41,727 bases of DNA from Candidatus Magasanikiibacteriota bacterium (GTDB taxonomy: Bacteria > Patescibacteriota > Patescibacteriia > Magasanikbacterales > UBA922): assembly GCA_023246555.1 (NCBI GenBank), contig JAHFIC010000001.1, positions 8,528 through 50,254 on the forward strand. The letters run 5' to 3'. The position numbers were made by a program, and so were the translations under genes. The notes under the pieces were generated by a model. The model saw nothing but the letters and a program-made list of their open reading frames with translations, was not told the DNA's origin and did not search any database. Numbering within the stretch: position 1 is the first letter of the stretch; each line of letters opens with the position of its first letter. This document shows, one piece after another, positions 18,602-27,757 of the stretch.

Positions 18602-19881
18602 ACTATTTTTTTGCCCAGGTACGGCTGAAGGACCTTTGGAATCGCTATTCGCCCATCATGCTTCTGATAGTTCTCCATAATCGCGATGAGGGTTCGTCCA
18701 ATGGCAAACACGGTTGCGTCATTCATATGCGCAAATTCTGTTTGCCCATTTTCTTTTTTTACTTTGATATTGAGACGCCGCGATTGATAGTCGGTCATAT
18801 AATCAGATGTGTGCGTCTCACGGTACGTTTTTTGGCCTGGCAGCCAGGCCTCAATATCAAATTCACGATAATCCGGAGCACCCATATCTCCGGTGCATTT
18901 TCGCACGACGCGGTATGGAATGCCGAGCGATTGCATAAGGTGCTCCTGAAGGGCAATAAGAAAGTTCTGTTCTTCTTCGCCCTGCTCTGCCGTTGTAAAT
19001 GATTCAAATTCCAATTTGTCGAATTGATGGAGGCGCAAAATGCCCTTGGTATCTTTTCCATAAGATCCCGCTTCTCGGCGAAACGCTGTTGAGTACCCGA
19101 GATAACGGATCGGAAGATTCTTTTCTTCAATTGTTTCATCCATATGGATTGGTCCCAATGTGTGCTCAGCACTGCCGACAAGATAAAGATCGTCGCTTGG
19201 AATATGATAGCGTTCCTCTTTTGGCTCAAGTCGAGCCATCTTTTGCATAATTTCCGGACGGATCATCACCGGTGGAATCACTGGTGTAAACGGTCGCGAG
19301 GAAACTCCTAATTTCTGTTTTTTTATGATGCGTTTGAGCGCAGGCTCATTGGTAACAAATGACAATACATGCTGGATAAGAGCGAACTGCAGACGCACAA
19401 GATCACTTTTCAGATACGCAAATCGAGAACCGGAAACTTTGGCCGCTCGCTCCGTATCGATAAGACCGCGCATTGCCCCAAGGTCCCAGTGTTCTTTTGG
19501 CGGAAAGGAAAATGCGGGTGGGTTGCCAATCGTCCGAACAACAACATTGCCGGCTTCATCATTGCCAATGGGCGTATCCGGATGAATGCGATTCGGCATT
19601 CGAGAAAGGAGTAAGCGATATTTTTCTTCAATTTTTTGCAATTCAGCCTCCTTTTCTTTAATTTCTTCCCCAATTTGCCGCATACGCAGGATTTCCGTAT
19701 CACTTGGCCTACCTTTGGATCCATGATTTCGCGTACTTCTCAGCGCATCTACCTCGGCAATCATGGCGCGTCGCTTATCATCAAGCGCAAGGAGTTCATC
19801 AATATCAGCGGTTGCCCGGCGATGCACATAATTTTCTTTCAGTTCCTCGCGATGATCGCGGATGTATTTAATGTCGAGCAT
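18598..19881 (-). CDS. serS: Seryl-tRNA synthetase
   Basis: Start ATG 19881 gives MLDIKYIRDHREELKEN.., the classic SerRS N-terminus, 4 nt after the upstream stop. The N-terminal coiled-coil arm and class II motifs are present (..FRREAGS.., ..GRTLIAIMENYQ..). The ORF-track extension to 19977 is rejected. Confidence 0.93.
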   Translation of the reverse strand: MLDIKYIRDHREELKENYVHRRATADIDELLALDDKRRAMIAEVDALRSTRNHGSKGRPSDTEILRMRQIGEEIKEKEAELQKIEEKYRLLLSRMPNRIHPDTPIGNDEAGNVVVRTIGNPPAFSFPPKEHWDLGAMRGLIDTERAAKVSGSRFAYLKSDLVRLQFALIQHVLSFVTNEPALKRIIKKQKLGVSSRPFTPVIPPVMIRPEIMQKMARLEPKEERYHIPSDDLYLVGSAEHTLGPIHMDETIEEKNLPIRYLGYSTAFRREAGSYGKDTKGILRLHQFDKLEFESFTTAEQGEEEQNFLIALQEHLMQSLGIPYRVVRKCTGDMGAPDYREFDIEAWLPGQKTYRETHTSDYMTDYQSRRLNIKVKKENGQTEFAHMNDATVFAIGRTLIAIMENYQKHDGRIAIPKVLQPYLGKKIV

Positions 19882-19885
19882 AGGT

Positions 19886-20929
19886 CTAGTGTTTAACGTT
19901 GAGTAGCTGCTGTATTTCTGGCAAAATGATTGTATACATTTTTTTATTCGCTCCGACAAGCTCCATCGTGAGCACATCTTCGGGGGTACACCAGCGTTGT
20001 TCCATGACCTCAGCGTCGCTTCCTTCCCCTATCTTTTTAAGAATTGAACATGCGTACGGGATAAGGTACACCTGGTAGGCCCATCCCTCCCCTGTCTGAT
20101 GCTCCACCCAGATAGTGGATAATCGTTTGATCGGTTCAATGAGATAACCGACTTCTTCTTGTGCCTCGCGTATGAGATTTTCTTCAATCGTCTCACCGAT
20201 ATCCATTCGACCACCCGGAAATTCCCACTTTCCATGAAATGCTGGACGAAAAGGATCATTTCGTTTTGCCAAAAGCACCTTCCCCTCATGGAGTATTATT
20301 GCGACAGGGACAACAATATGCCGACCGCCGTACTCATTTTGAAGAATGTATTTCATGTTGAACAACGCCTGTCCGCGATGAGAGATGGTATTTTTTTCCG
20401 CGAGCGTCATTTCGGCAAATGTTTTTCCCGCGGTTGGCACGAAGAAAATCGGATCATAGCCGAACCCATTGTTTGCCTGAACGCGTTCCGACAGTATGGA
20501 GCCACGTATCTCACCCGATGATGTAAGGATGCTTCCTGTTTTTGGGTCACATACGGCGATCGCCGCACGAAAGGTGGCCCCCCGTTGATCGGCTGGAAGA
20601 TCACGCAATTTTTCGAGAACAAGGGCGTTTCTCGCTTCATTATTTTCAGCGATACGAGCGCTCACTACCCCTGGCCAGCCATTCAGCGCATCAATAAAAA
20701 GGCCGCTGTCATCGGCCAGCGTAATGATGCCAAATTGTTTTGCGTACGCAGTGGCTTTGATGACGGCATTACCAAAGATAGTCGGATCGTTTTCTTCCGG
20801 CGCTTGGATTCCTTGATCCATTTCGCTGAGTGATAAAAAATCAAAAGGGAGATCCTCCAGGACGTGAAGTATCTCTTTAAACTTGCCGTCATTGGTTGTT
20901 GCTATGAGAACTTTCTGTTTTTCTCTCAT
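19886..20929 (-). CDS. Fusion protein: RdgB/HAM1 non-canonical purine NTP pyrophosphatase (N-terminal) + Nudix hydrolase (C-terminal)
   Basis: N-terminal half: KVLIATTNDGKFKE.., LADDSGLFIDALNGWPGVVSAR, GFGYDPIF, ISHRGQA (Ham1 family). C-terminal half carries the Nudix box GKWEFPGGRMDIGETIEENLIREAQEEVG. Confidence 0.85.
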   Translation of the reverse strand: MREKQKVLIATTNDGKFKEILHVLEDLPFDFLSLSEMDQGIQAPEENDPTIFGNAVIKATAYAKQFGIITLADDSGLFIDALNGWPGVVSARIAENNEARNALVLEKLRDLPADQRGATFRAAIAVCDPKTGSILTSSGEIRGSILSERVQANNGFGYDPIFFVPTAGKTFAEMTLAEKNTISHRGQALFNMKYILQNEYGGRHIVVPVAIILHEGKVLLAKRNDPFRPAFHGKWEFPGGRMDIGETIEENLIREAQEEVGYLIEPIKRLSTIWVEHQTGEGWAYQVYLIPYACSILKKIGEGSDAEVMEQRWCTPEDVLTMELVGANKKMYTIILPEIQQLLNVKH

Positions 20930-21339
20930 ATATCTAAATACCCTCGAATTTTTTTTGTTTTGTATCGTCCCGCCTGGTAGGGCCTAAGGCGGACGATGCG
21001 CGGTGGTTTTGAAAATTCATGGACAATTTTTTGCAATTCTTTTACAAAGAATTTTTGATCGTACCCAAGAGCGATAACATCCGGCTGTAATCGGCGAATG
21101 ACGCGATACATGTCTTTTGTATCGCCGAGCAAGACACGGTCGATATCGCGTATATGCTCTAAATTTTTTTTTCGTTCTCTTTCTGTATGAAATGGAGCAC
21201 GACCCTTGATTCGTGCCGATGTTGTACCTCGCGCGACAACAGCGACGAGGATTTTCCCATGGCGTTTTGCCTGTCGAAATAATGATAGATGCCCCGGATG
21301 GAGGATATCGAATGTCCCAAACACCATGACGGTTTTCAT
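20926..21339 (-). CDS. Cytidylyltransferase-like (HxGH) nucleotidyltransferase, small stand-alone form
   Basis: ATG 21339 gives MKTVMVFGTFDILHPGHLSLFRQAK.., immediately after the lysS stop. 137 aa. Substrate unknown (RibL/PPAT/TagD-like fold family). Confidence 0.7.
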   Translation of the reverse strand: MKTVMVFGTFDILHPGHLSLFRQAKRHGKILVAVVARGTTSARIKGRAPFHTERERKKNLEHIRDIDRVLLGDTKDMYRVIRRLQPDVIALGYDQKFFVKELQKIVHEFSKPPRIVRLRPYQAGRYKTKKIRGYLDI

Positions 21340-22808
21340 ACCGAACTTTTGTTCTCGTGTTCTCCCGGCCGCACGAGTGGAAACAGTACGCATTCCCGTA
21401 CCGACGCATTTTCAAGAAACGCGAACAATCGCTCAGAAACCCCAAAACCTGTGGTCGGAGGCATTCCATGCTCTAGCGCTTCGACAAAATCATGGTCATG
21501 CATTTGTGCCTCGATGTCGCCTTTTTCGCGCATTTTCCCCTGCTCTTCGAAACGTTCCGTTTGATCAAGCGGATCGTTCAATTCTGAATATCCATTCCCC
21601 AGTTCGCTCCCGGCAATAATAATTTGGTACCGTTCTGTAAGAGCTGGATTGTGCAGGCATCGCTTGGCCAAGGGGGAGACGAGCACCGGATGATGAATAA
21701 GAAACACTGGTCCGGCAATGGACTTTCGACAGTACTTCCAGAGCAGATCAATCAGACGGCCCTTTTCAAGCGTTTCATCAAAGGCGATCTTCAATTTTTT
21801 CAATGTCTGTTTCATAGCGTCGTTTTCCGCGGTCAGCACGTCAATTCCGGTTTTTTTCTTTATCGTTTCCACATAATCAATACGGTCCCATGATTTGGCA
21901 AGATCAATGCCCTTAAAATCACCAATGTCGAATACCAGAGTGTGGAATGTTTTTTGTATCACTTCTTTATACATGCGCTCGACCATACCCATACCGCTCG
22001 TGTAGTCAGCATACGCCCAATAAAATTCCATTTGGGTATAGTCTTGGAGATGTTCACGGCTCATGCCTTCATTACGAAATTGTCGGCCAATTTCAAAAGT
22101 CTTTTCAAATCCCCCAACCATCAGGCGTTTTTGCCAAAGCTCTCCCATGGAAATCCGTAAGTACACATCAATATCGAGCGCGTGATGATGCGTCGTAAAC
22201 GGCGTGGCGTCTGCACCGCCGGCTGTGGTTTCCAACACCGGCGTTTCCACTTCTAAGAATCCTTCCTCAAGAAGAAATTGCCGCATGGAATTCCAAAACA
22301 TCGCTTTGCGATAAAAAATTTTTCGCTTGTCCGTGTCCATAATAAAATCCAAGTAGCGTTTTCGCAATCGAAGCTCCTCTTCCTGGAGTCCATGATACTT
22401 GTCTGGAAGCGGAAGAATGGCTTTGGTGAGAATTCGCCATTCACAGACCAAAACCGATTCTTCACCGGCCTTTGTGACAAATCGTTCCCCACGAATCCAA
22501 AGGATATCGCCCGTGTCAATCGCGTGTAAAAATAACGCATAATTGTCTTTCCCCAGCACGTCTTCTTTCCATGCAATTTGTATCCGTCCGCTTTCATCCT
22601 GGAGATGAGAGAACGTTATTTTTCCAATATCGCGTTTGCTCATGAGCCGGCCGGCAAGCGACACGATTGCCCCCTCAGATTTTTTCAGGGCAATCGTCAC
22701 GCTGTCTTCTCTTGGCGCAACCGAACTATATGGGTCAATACCCAGGGAGCGAAGCTCACTCATTTTTTTGATACGAACGGAACGTTCATCATTTATTGAC
22801 GTTGACAT
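21336..22808 (-). CDS. lysS: Lysyl-tRNA synthetase, class II
   Basis: 490 aa. An OB-fold N-domain is followed by class II core motifs (..FEIGRQFRNEG.., ..IIAGSELGNGYSELNDP.., ..GMPPTTGFGVSERL..). SD-like GGGAGGA lies just upstream of the ATG. Confidence 0.94.
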   Translation of the reverse strand: MSTSINDERSVRIKKMSELRSLGIDPYSSVAPREDSVTIALKKSEGAIVSLAGRLMSKRDIGKITFSHLQDESGRIQIAWKEDVLGKDNYALFLHAIDTGDILWIRGERFVTKAGEESVLVCEWRILTKAILPLPDKYHGLQEEELRLRKRYLDFIMDTDKRKIFYRKAMFWNSMRQFLLEEGFLEVETPVLETTAGGADATPFTTHHHALDIDVYLRISMGELWQKRLMVGGFEKTFEIGRQFRNEGMSREHLQDYTQMEFYWAYADYTSGMGMVERMYKEVIQKTFHTLVFDIGDFKGIDLAKSWDRIDYVETIKKKTGIDVLTAENDAMKQTLKKLKIAFDETLEKGRLIDLLWKYCRKSIAGPVFLIHHPVLVSPLAKRCLHNPALTERYQIIIAGSELGNGYSELNDPLDQTERFEEQGKMREKGDIEAQMHDHDFVEALEHGMPPTTGFGVSERLFAFLENASVRECVLFPLVRPGEHENKSSV

Positions 22809-22938
22809 AGTCCTCCCACTATATCAGAGAGTGATAGAAAATACAAACTGTTTTTTGGACAAATTTGGCTCTACAGAGTCAAATAAAAAGGAAGGCTGGT
22901 GAGACCTTTTTGTCAAGGTAACGAGAACGTACGGTGTA

Positions 22939-23400
22939 CTACTGAACGTCAATAATCTCGTATACCTGAACCCCCGCTGGAACCGTAATTTGCACTTTAT
23001 CGCCTTTGTTTTTACCGAAAAATGCTTGTCCCAAGGGCGATTCATTGGAGATCCGGCCGTTCAAGGGATCCGCTTCTTGCGCCCCCACAATAGTGAACGC
23101 ACGTTCTTTACCGCTGGCGCGTGCGGTAACCACTGAACCGATCCCAATATGATTCCCGCGTGGTTTAGCGCCGACAACATGGGCATTGTCGAGGAGATAC
23201 CCAAGCTCTTTCGCTTTGCTCTGTGCCCAAGCCATTTCTTCCCGTGCCGCATGATACTCTGCGTTTTCTGACAAATCCCCCATTTGTCGTGCGTCATCAA
23301 TGCGTTTTGCCAAACCCGGAATTTTTTCTTCTTTCAATTCTTTCAATTCCTGTTTGAGCGATTCAAGCTTTTCTTTACTCATGTATTGAGTGGAGTCCAT
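22939..23400 (-). CDS. greA: Transcription elongation factor GreA
   Basis: 153 aa. An N-terminal coiled coil with ..DLSENAEYHAAREE.. and a C-terminal globular domain ..ISNESPLGQAFFGKNKGDKV... Confidence 0.93.
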   Translation of the reverse strand: MDSTQYMSKEKLESLKQELKELKEEKIPGLAKRIDDARQMGDLSENAEYHAAREEMAWAQSKAKELGYLLDNAHVVGAKPRGNHIGIGSVVTARASGKERAFTIVGAQEADPLNGRISNESPLGQAFFGKNKGDKVQITVPAGVQVYEIIDVQ

Positions 23401-23407
23401 AGATTAT

Positions 23408-23434
23408 CAAAAAAATAAATCCGCAAAGCGGAAT
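23408..23434 (-). terminator. Possible weak intrinsic terminator after mrdA
   Basis: The minus strand reads tccgc-ttt-gcgga followed by tttattttttt. The stem is only 5 bp. Confidence 0.4.
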
Positions 23435-23466
23435 ATGCTTAGTAAACCACACGGTACTTCTCCGCG

Positions 23467-25389
23467 TCAATTGCTATTATCCACAAGAAGTCTCTGGCGA
23501 TAATTCCACCACCAGCCATAGAATTCTTTGGCAACTGGCGCAGCGATACGACTCCCCTCCCCACCTTCCTCAATGAGGATGGTCACAACTATTTCAGGAT
23601 GCTCATACGGCCCGTACGATGTGAACCAGCCATGATTTTCCTTGTCGTCTCTCCACTGTGCCGTACCCGTTTTTCCGGCCGTAGCAAATGGCAAATCTGA
23701 CAAACGTCGACAAGACCCATTTTGAACGCAAGCGCGCATACCGGCGCGAATCGTAGCCAGATACTCTGGATTTACAATCTGCGATTGAATGATTGTCGGA
23801 GTTACATCAATCTCGTCATCAGTCAGGGGATTGGCGATTCGACGCACGACGTGTGGACGATACAAGGTGCCGCCATTTGCCACAACCGCTGTCATAGCTG
23901 CAATTTGGAGTGGCGTCACAAGCAAATATCCCTGTCCGATCGAGAGGTTGTACGTATCCCCAATATACCACGCCTCATTTTTCGCCTCCTCTTTCCATGC
24001 CTCACTCGGTACAAAACCAGCCTTCTCTCCTGGAATATCAATGCCCAGTTCACTCCCAAATCCGAACTTTTGAAGATACACCCTTATGCGGTCAACACCA
24101 AGGCCAGAAAACAAATCATACCCACCGCCAATATAATAATAAAAAGTATTAACAGAATTTGCGAGCGATGCGACAACATTAGTCCATCCATGTCCGCCAG
24201 GAAGCCAATCAGGGAAAAACCATTGTCCAACTTGAAGTCCTCCGGTGCTCAAAAATACCGATTGCGGAGTAATAATCTTCTCCTGAAGCGCAGCGGCCGC
24301 AATGACCGGCTTTATAGTGGATCCTGATGGGTACAATCCACCAATTGCCCGATTAAAAAGCGGTTGATCTGCATCTTCGCTGTATAGGGCGTATTGTGCT
24401 TTGCTAATACCCCCAGAAAAATCATTATTATCGAATGACGGCAAACTGACGAGTGCGAGAACTTCGCCATTTTGAGGATCGAGCACAATCCCCGCGGCGC
24501 GGTTTTTTTGATTGGCAACAAGCGCTTTTTCCAAAAGAGATTCCAACCTGTCCTGCATTTTGCTATCAATGGATAATGTCAAATGGTACCCCGATGTCGG
24601 CGGCACTTCAGCCAAGATGCTTTGCTCGCGTCCCAGCGCGTTCACTTCAATACGTTTCTTGCCATATGTTCCTCGCAAGTAGGATTCATACGTTTTTTCG
24701 ACTCCTGTTTTCCCAATAAAATCAGATGGCAAATACCCCTCAGCATATAACGCGTCAAGTTCGCTACGGCTTAATTTTCCTTCATACCCAATAAGATGCG
24801 ACAGCGACGTTCCGGGTGCTTCATGACTATAAGCCCGTTTGCTTCCCCGCACGATGTGAATTCCGGGAAGATCTGCGGCAGCGATTTGGATAGAAAGCGC
24901 GGTTTCGTAGTCAAGGTTTTCTTGAATAATAATAGACTCATAACTGTACGCCCCATATTCAGAAAGAATATGTATGATTTCTTCAGTTGGCCGTTTTGTC
25001 AATTCGCCAAGTTTTTCAACAAGCATTTGTCGGTCCCGTTCATCATGGGGTAAATGCTGTGGAGTTACTGCAAGAGAAAAATTGGGCACATTGACCGTGA
25101 GGGGCTTACCGCGCCGATCAACAATGACGCCACGTTCTGCCGGGATAGGGACAATGCGCTCCCGGTTTCCCTCTGCGGCGGCAAGAAACTCGCTTCCTTG
25201 AAGGATCTGTAGCTGTGAAATTCGTGCTACCAGAAGCAGAAACACCAAAAGAAAAATCAAAAGGAAGAGATAATGACTATCTCGAGTGAAGCTCGTGCCG
25301 ATGTATGAGCGACGAGCTGACTCATGGGAGATGAATGTTTCCTCGACCCAGGTGGTCGATGGAGATTTTTTCCACGAAAAAATTTTCAT
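23467..25389 (-). CDS. mrdA: Penicillin-binding protein 2 (elongasome transpeptidase)
   Basis: ATG 25389 (MKIFSWKK..) abuts the mreD stop. One TM (YLFLLIFLLVFLLLVA), a PBP dimerisation domain, and the transpeptidase motifs STIKP, SVN-type and KTGTA. The ORF-track N-terminal 90 aa overlap mreD and are rejected. Confidence 0.88.
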   Translation of the reverse strand: MKIFSWKKSPSTTWVEETFISHESARRSYIGTSFTRDSHYLFLLIFLLVFLLLVARISQLQILQGSEFLAAAEGNRERIVPIPAERGVIVDRRGKPLTVNVPNFSLAVTPQHLPHDERDRQMLVEKLGELTKRPTEEIIHILSEYGAYSYESIIIQENLDYETALSIQIAAADLPGIHIVRGSKRAYSHEAPGTSLSHLIGYEGKLSRSELDALYAEGYLPSDFIGKTGVEKTYESYLRGTYGKKRIEVNALGREQSILAEVPPTSGYHLTLSIDSKMQDRLESLLEKALVANQKNRAAGIVLDPQNGEVLALVSLPSFDNNDFSGGISKAQYALYSEDADQPLFNRAIGGLYPSGSTIKPVIAAAALQEKIITPQSVFLSTGGLQVGQWFFPDWLPGGHGWTNVVASLANSVNTFYYYIGGGYDLFSGLGVDRIRVYLQKFGFGSELGIDIPGEKAGFVPSEAWKEEAKNEAWYIGDTYNLSIGQGYLLVTPLQIAAMTAVVANGGTLYRPHVVRRIANPLTDDEIDVTPTIIQSQIVNPEYLATIRAGMRACVQNGSCRRLSDLPFATAGKTGTAQWRDDKENHGWFTSYGPYEHPEIVVTILIEEGGEGSRIAAPVAKEFYGWWWNYRQRLLVDNSN

Positions 25390-25922
25390 ACACGCCACTC
25401 CACGGGGAGTAATTTTCTTTTCTTGTGAAAAGGGCGTGTGGTGAGAAGATACGCGAGGCCGGTCACCCCAGACGTGAGCAGCATTTCCCACCCATACACC
25501 AAAAGAAGTGCAGACCACGGGGGAAGTGCAAAATAGCCAAACACATGAAAAAAAAGGAATAGTGCCGTATAAATACTGCGGTAGATCACTATGGCGAGGA
25601 GTGAGAGAGCTGCTGCAGTGTACCACGATTGATTGGTAAAAAAATATTGATATAACCAAAATGATAGGAGGGTCGAAATGGTTCCGGAAAACAGCAAAAT
25701 ACCAAAAGGACTTACGGCATATAATTCAATAAAAAAATGAACGCTGAACGCGATCCAAACGACCGTGCCACTTTCTTCAAACAGTAAAAAGAAAATTAAA
25801 AATACAAATACCATATTCACCTGGTTCCAGGGCGCGGGAAGAACAGCATTTGTCGCAAGGTGGACGAAGACAACGCCGACGACACTGAGGCCTACAATAG
25901 CGGTACGTTTCAGCCATGTCAT
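25386..25922 (-). CDS. mreD: Rod shape-determining protein MreD
   Basis: 178 aa polytopic membrane protein located between mreC and mrdA, with 4-nt overlaps on both sides. The call rests mainly on synteny. Confidence 0.7.
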   Translation of the reverse strand: MTWLKRTAIVGLSVVGVVFVHLATNAVLPAPWNQVNMVFVFLIFFLLFEESGTVVWIAFSVHFFIELYAVSPFGILLFSGTISTLLSFWLYQYFFTNQSWYTAAALSLLAIVIYRSIYTALFLFFHVFGYFALPPWSALLLVYGWEMLLTSGVTGLAYLLTTRPFHKKRKLLPVEWRV

Positions 25923-26683
25923 ATACCGGTAATGACCGAGACGGTAACTAGGTGTTCAAAGTCCGCTGCGGTAGACAAGATTGCTTTTTGAAACGGTTGA
26001 TACGCCTCTTTTTCAACCGCCTCAACCCTGCCAATCACGAGTCCTCGCGGGATGCCTTTTTCGAGACCGGAAGTGATAATAACATCGCCGGGAGAAACGT
26101 GTTCATTTTGCGGGATGAAATTCATGCGGACACTGATACCGTATCCACCTTCAACAATGCCGATGCTGTGATCGTTATTTAAAATCGTCGCGGCAACTTT
26201 GCTTTGTCCGTCGTGAAGCAGCCGGATAACAGCGGTCGATTCTTCGGTACGAACAATCTTTCCAACAAAGATCCCATCGTACGCGATGACGGGCTGACCG
26301 TTTTCAATACCATCATGGGTTCCGCGATTGATGATAATGGTGTTACCAACCGGTTCAACATCCTGGCCGATGATATCTCCTCCTATGGAGGAATACGGTG
26401 TTTTTGAAATAAAATTCAACTGACGTCGAAGTGATTCATTTTCTTCTGAGAGAAGAATGAATTTTGCCGAATCAAATGCCGCGCGGGCCGTGTCTTGTGC
26501 GTGTTGCTGTTCTCCTTCCGAAGCAAATTGATGTGTTTTTTTGTAGACAAAACCGGATGGCACGCTCATAACGGCGCGAACTGATTGTTCAACGCCATTG
26601 AGCACACCCAAATAATGAAGCGCGATGATGATGCTTATCACAATACTGACCCCTATGAAGGCCTTTACTCGAGATGTGAGCAT
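25919..26683 (-). CDS. mreC: Rod shape-determining protein MreC
   Basis: An N-terminal TM, a short coiled coil (ENESLRRQLNF), then a beta-barrel region with ..DGQPVIAYDGIFVGKIV.. and ..SGLEKGIPRGLVIGRV... Confidence 0.85.
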   Translation of the reverse strand: MLTSRVKAFIGVSIVISIIIALHYLGVLNGVEQSVRAVMSVPSGFVYKKTHQFASEGEQQHAQDTARAAFDSAKFILLSEENESLRRQLNFISKTPYSSIGGDIIGQDVEPVGNTIIINRGTHDGIENGQPVIAYDGIFVGKIVRTEESTAVIRLLHDGQSKVAATILNNDHSIGIVEGGYGISVRMNFIPQNEHVSPGDVIITSGLEKGIPRGLVIGRVEAVEKEAYQPFQKAILSTAADFEHLVTVSVITGI

Positions 26684-26686
26684 AGA

Positions 26687-27733
26687 TCAGCGTTTGGTGC
26701 GTGCAGAGGGCAAAATAACCTCCTTGAGTAGTACCGCGTTGTCGAGAAGTATCCCTGTGCCGCGTACCACGGCAGTCAGCGGATCATCGGCAATCCGTAC
26801 CGGTATTTCTGCAGCACGGGAAATGACCGTGTCGATGCCGCGAAGCAACGACCCACCGCCGGTCAACAGCACGCCGCGTTCATGAATATCTGCCGTTAAC
26901 TCTGGCGGGGTAACCTCAAGAGTCATTTTAATCAGGTCCACAATCGCGTGAACTGATCGATCAAGCGCCTCTCGAATATGCCCATCAGTCACCATGATCT
27001 CTTTTGGAAGGCCAGTGACTATATCACGACCGCGAAAAGGAAATTCCATTTTCTCTTTCATATCTAGGGCAGATCCGATTTTTATCTTGATATACTCTGC
27101 GTGACTTTCACCGACCAAAAGATTAAATACTTCACGGGCATATTGGATGATATTTCTATTCATTTCATCTCCGGCAATCGTGGTGGATTTCCAGGTGACA
27201 ACGCCAGAAAGCGAGATCACCGCGACATTGGTGGTTCCTCCGCCAATATCGATAATCATATTGCCAATCGGATCTTGAATCGGCATCCGAGCGCCGATTG
27301 CCGCCGCGACTGGTTCTTGTACCACAAAGACGTCTCTCGCGCCCGCGGCAATAGTAACGTCTTCAACCGCCTTTGTCTCTACTTCCGTAACTTCGAGCGG
27401 CACGCCAATGACCACTCGTGGTCGCGACATCATGGCCATACTCCCATCGTACACTTTTTCTATGAAAAATTTCAGCATCTTCTCTGTCACTTCATAGTCG
27501 GAGATGATGCCTTTCGTGAGTGGCCGCGAAACAACAATATGCGGCGGGGTTTTCCCAAGCATGGCCTTTGCCTCATTGCCCACCGCAAGAATTTGTTCTG
27601 TGCGGGTATTCCAGGCGACGACTGTCGGTTCGTTGATCACAATCCCCTTATCCTTAACAAAAACAAGGGTATTCGCCGTGCCCAAATCAATCCCGATGTC
27701 TTTCCCAAATTTTCCAAAAAAATTTTTGAACAT
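26687..27733 (-). CDS. mreB: Actin-like rod shape protein MreB
   Basis: DIGIDLGTANTLV, IDIGGGTT and LTGGGSLLRGID motifs. 348 aa. Confidence 0.96.
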   Translation of the reverse strand: MFKNFFGKFGKDIGIDLGTANTLVFVKDKGIVINEPTVVAWNTRTEQILAVGNEAKAMLGKTPPHIVVSRPLTKGIISDYEVTEKMLKFFIEKVYDGSMAMMSRPRVVIGVPLEVTEVETKAVEDVTIAAGARDVFVVQEPVAAAIGARMPIQDPIGNMIIDIGGGTTNVAVISLSGVVTWKSTTIAGDEMNRNIIQYAREVFNLLVGESHAEYIKIKIGSALDMKEKMEFPFRGRDIVTGLPKEIMVTDGHIREALDRSVHAIVDLIKMTLEVTPPELTADIHERGVLLTGGGSLLRGIDTVISRAAEIPVRIADDPLTAVVRGTGILLDNAVLLKEVILPSARTKR

Positions 27734-27757
27734 AGTAGGTCTTGCCCCATGTGCGAC

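Noticed and set aside
22875-22915. A possible greA terminator (aaaaagg..ccttttt pairing).
   Set aside because: The stem is A/T-rich and weak, with a 13-nt loop. It cannot be distinguished from chance, so it is not reported as a feature.
25390-25659. The ORF track gives long N-terminal extensions to mrdA (90 aa), and similarly to serS (19882-19977), proS (29018-29092), sufS (1314-1367), sufC (3631-3666) and the nucleotidyltransferase (21340-21393).
   Set aside because: The extensions overlap the upstream gene and are compositionally odd. In each case an internal ATG yields the canonical family N-terminus directly abutting the upstream stop.
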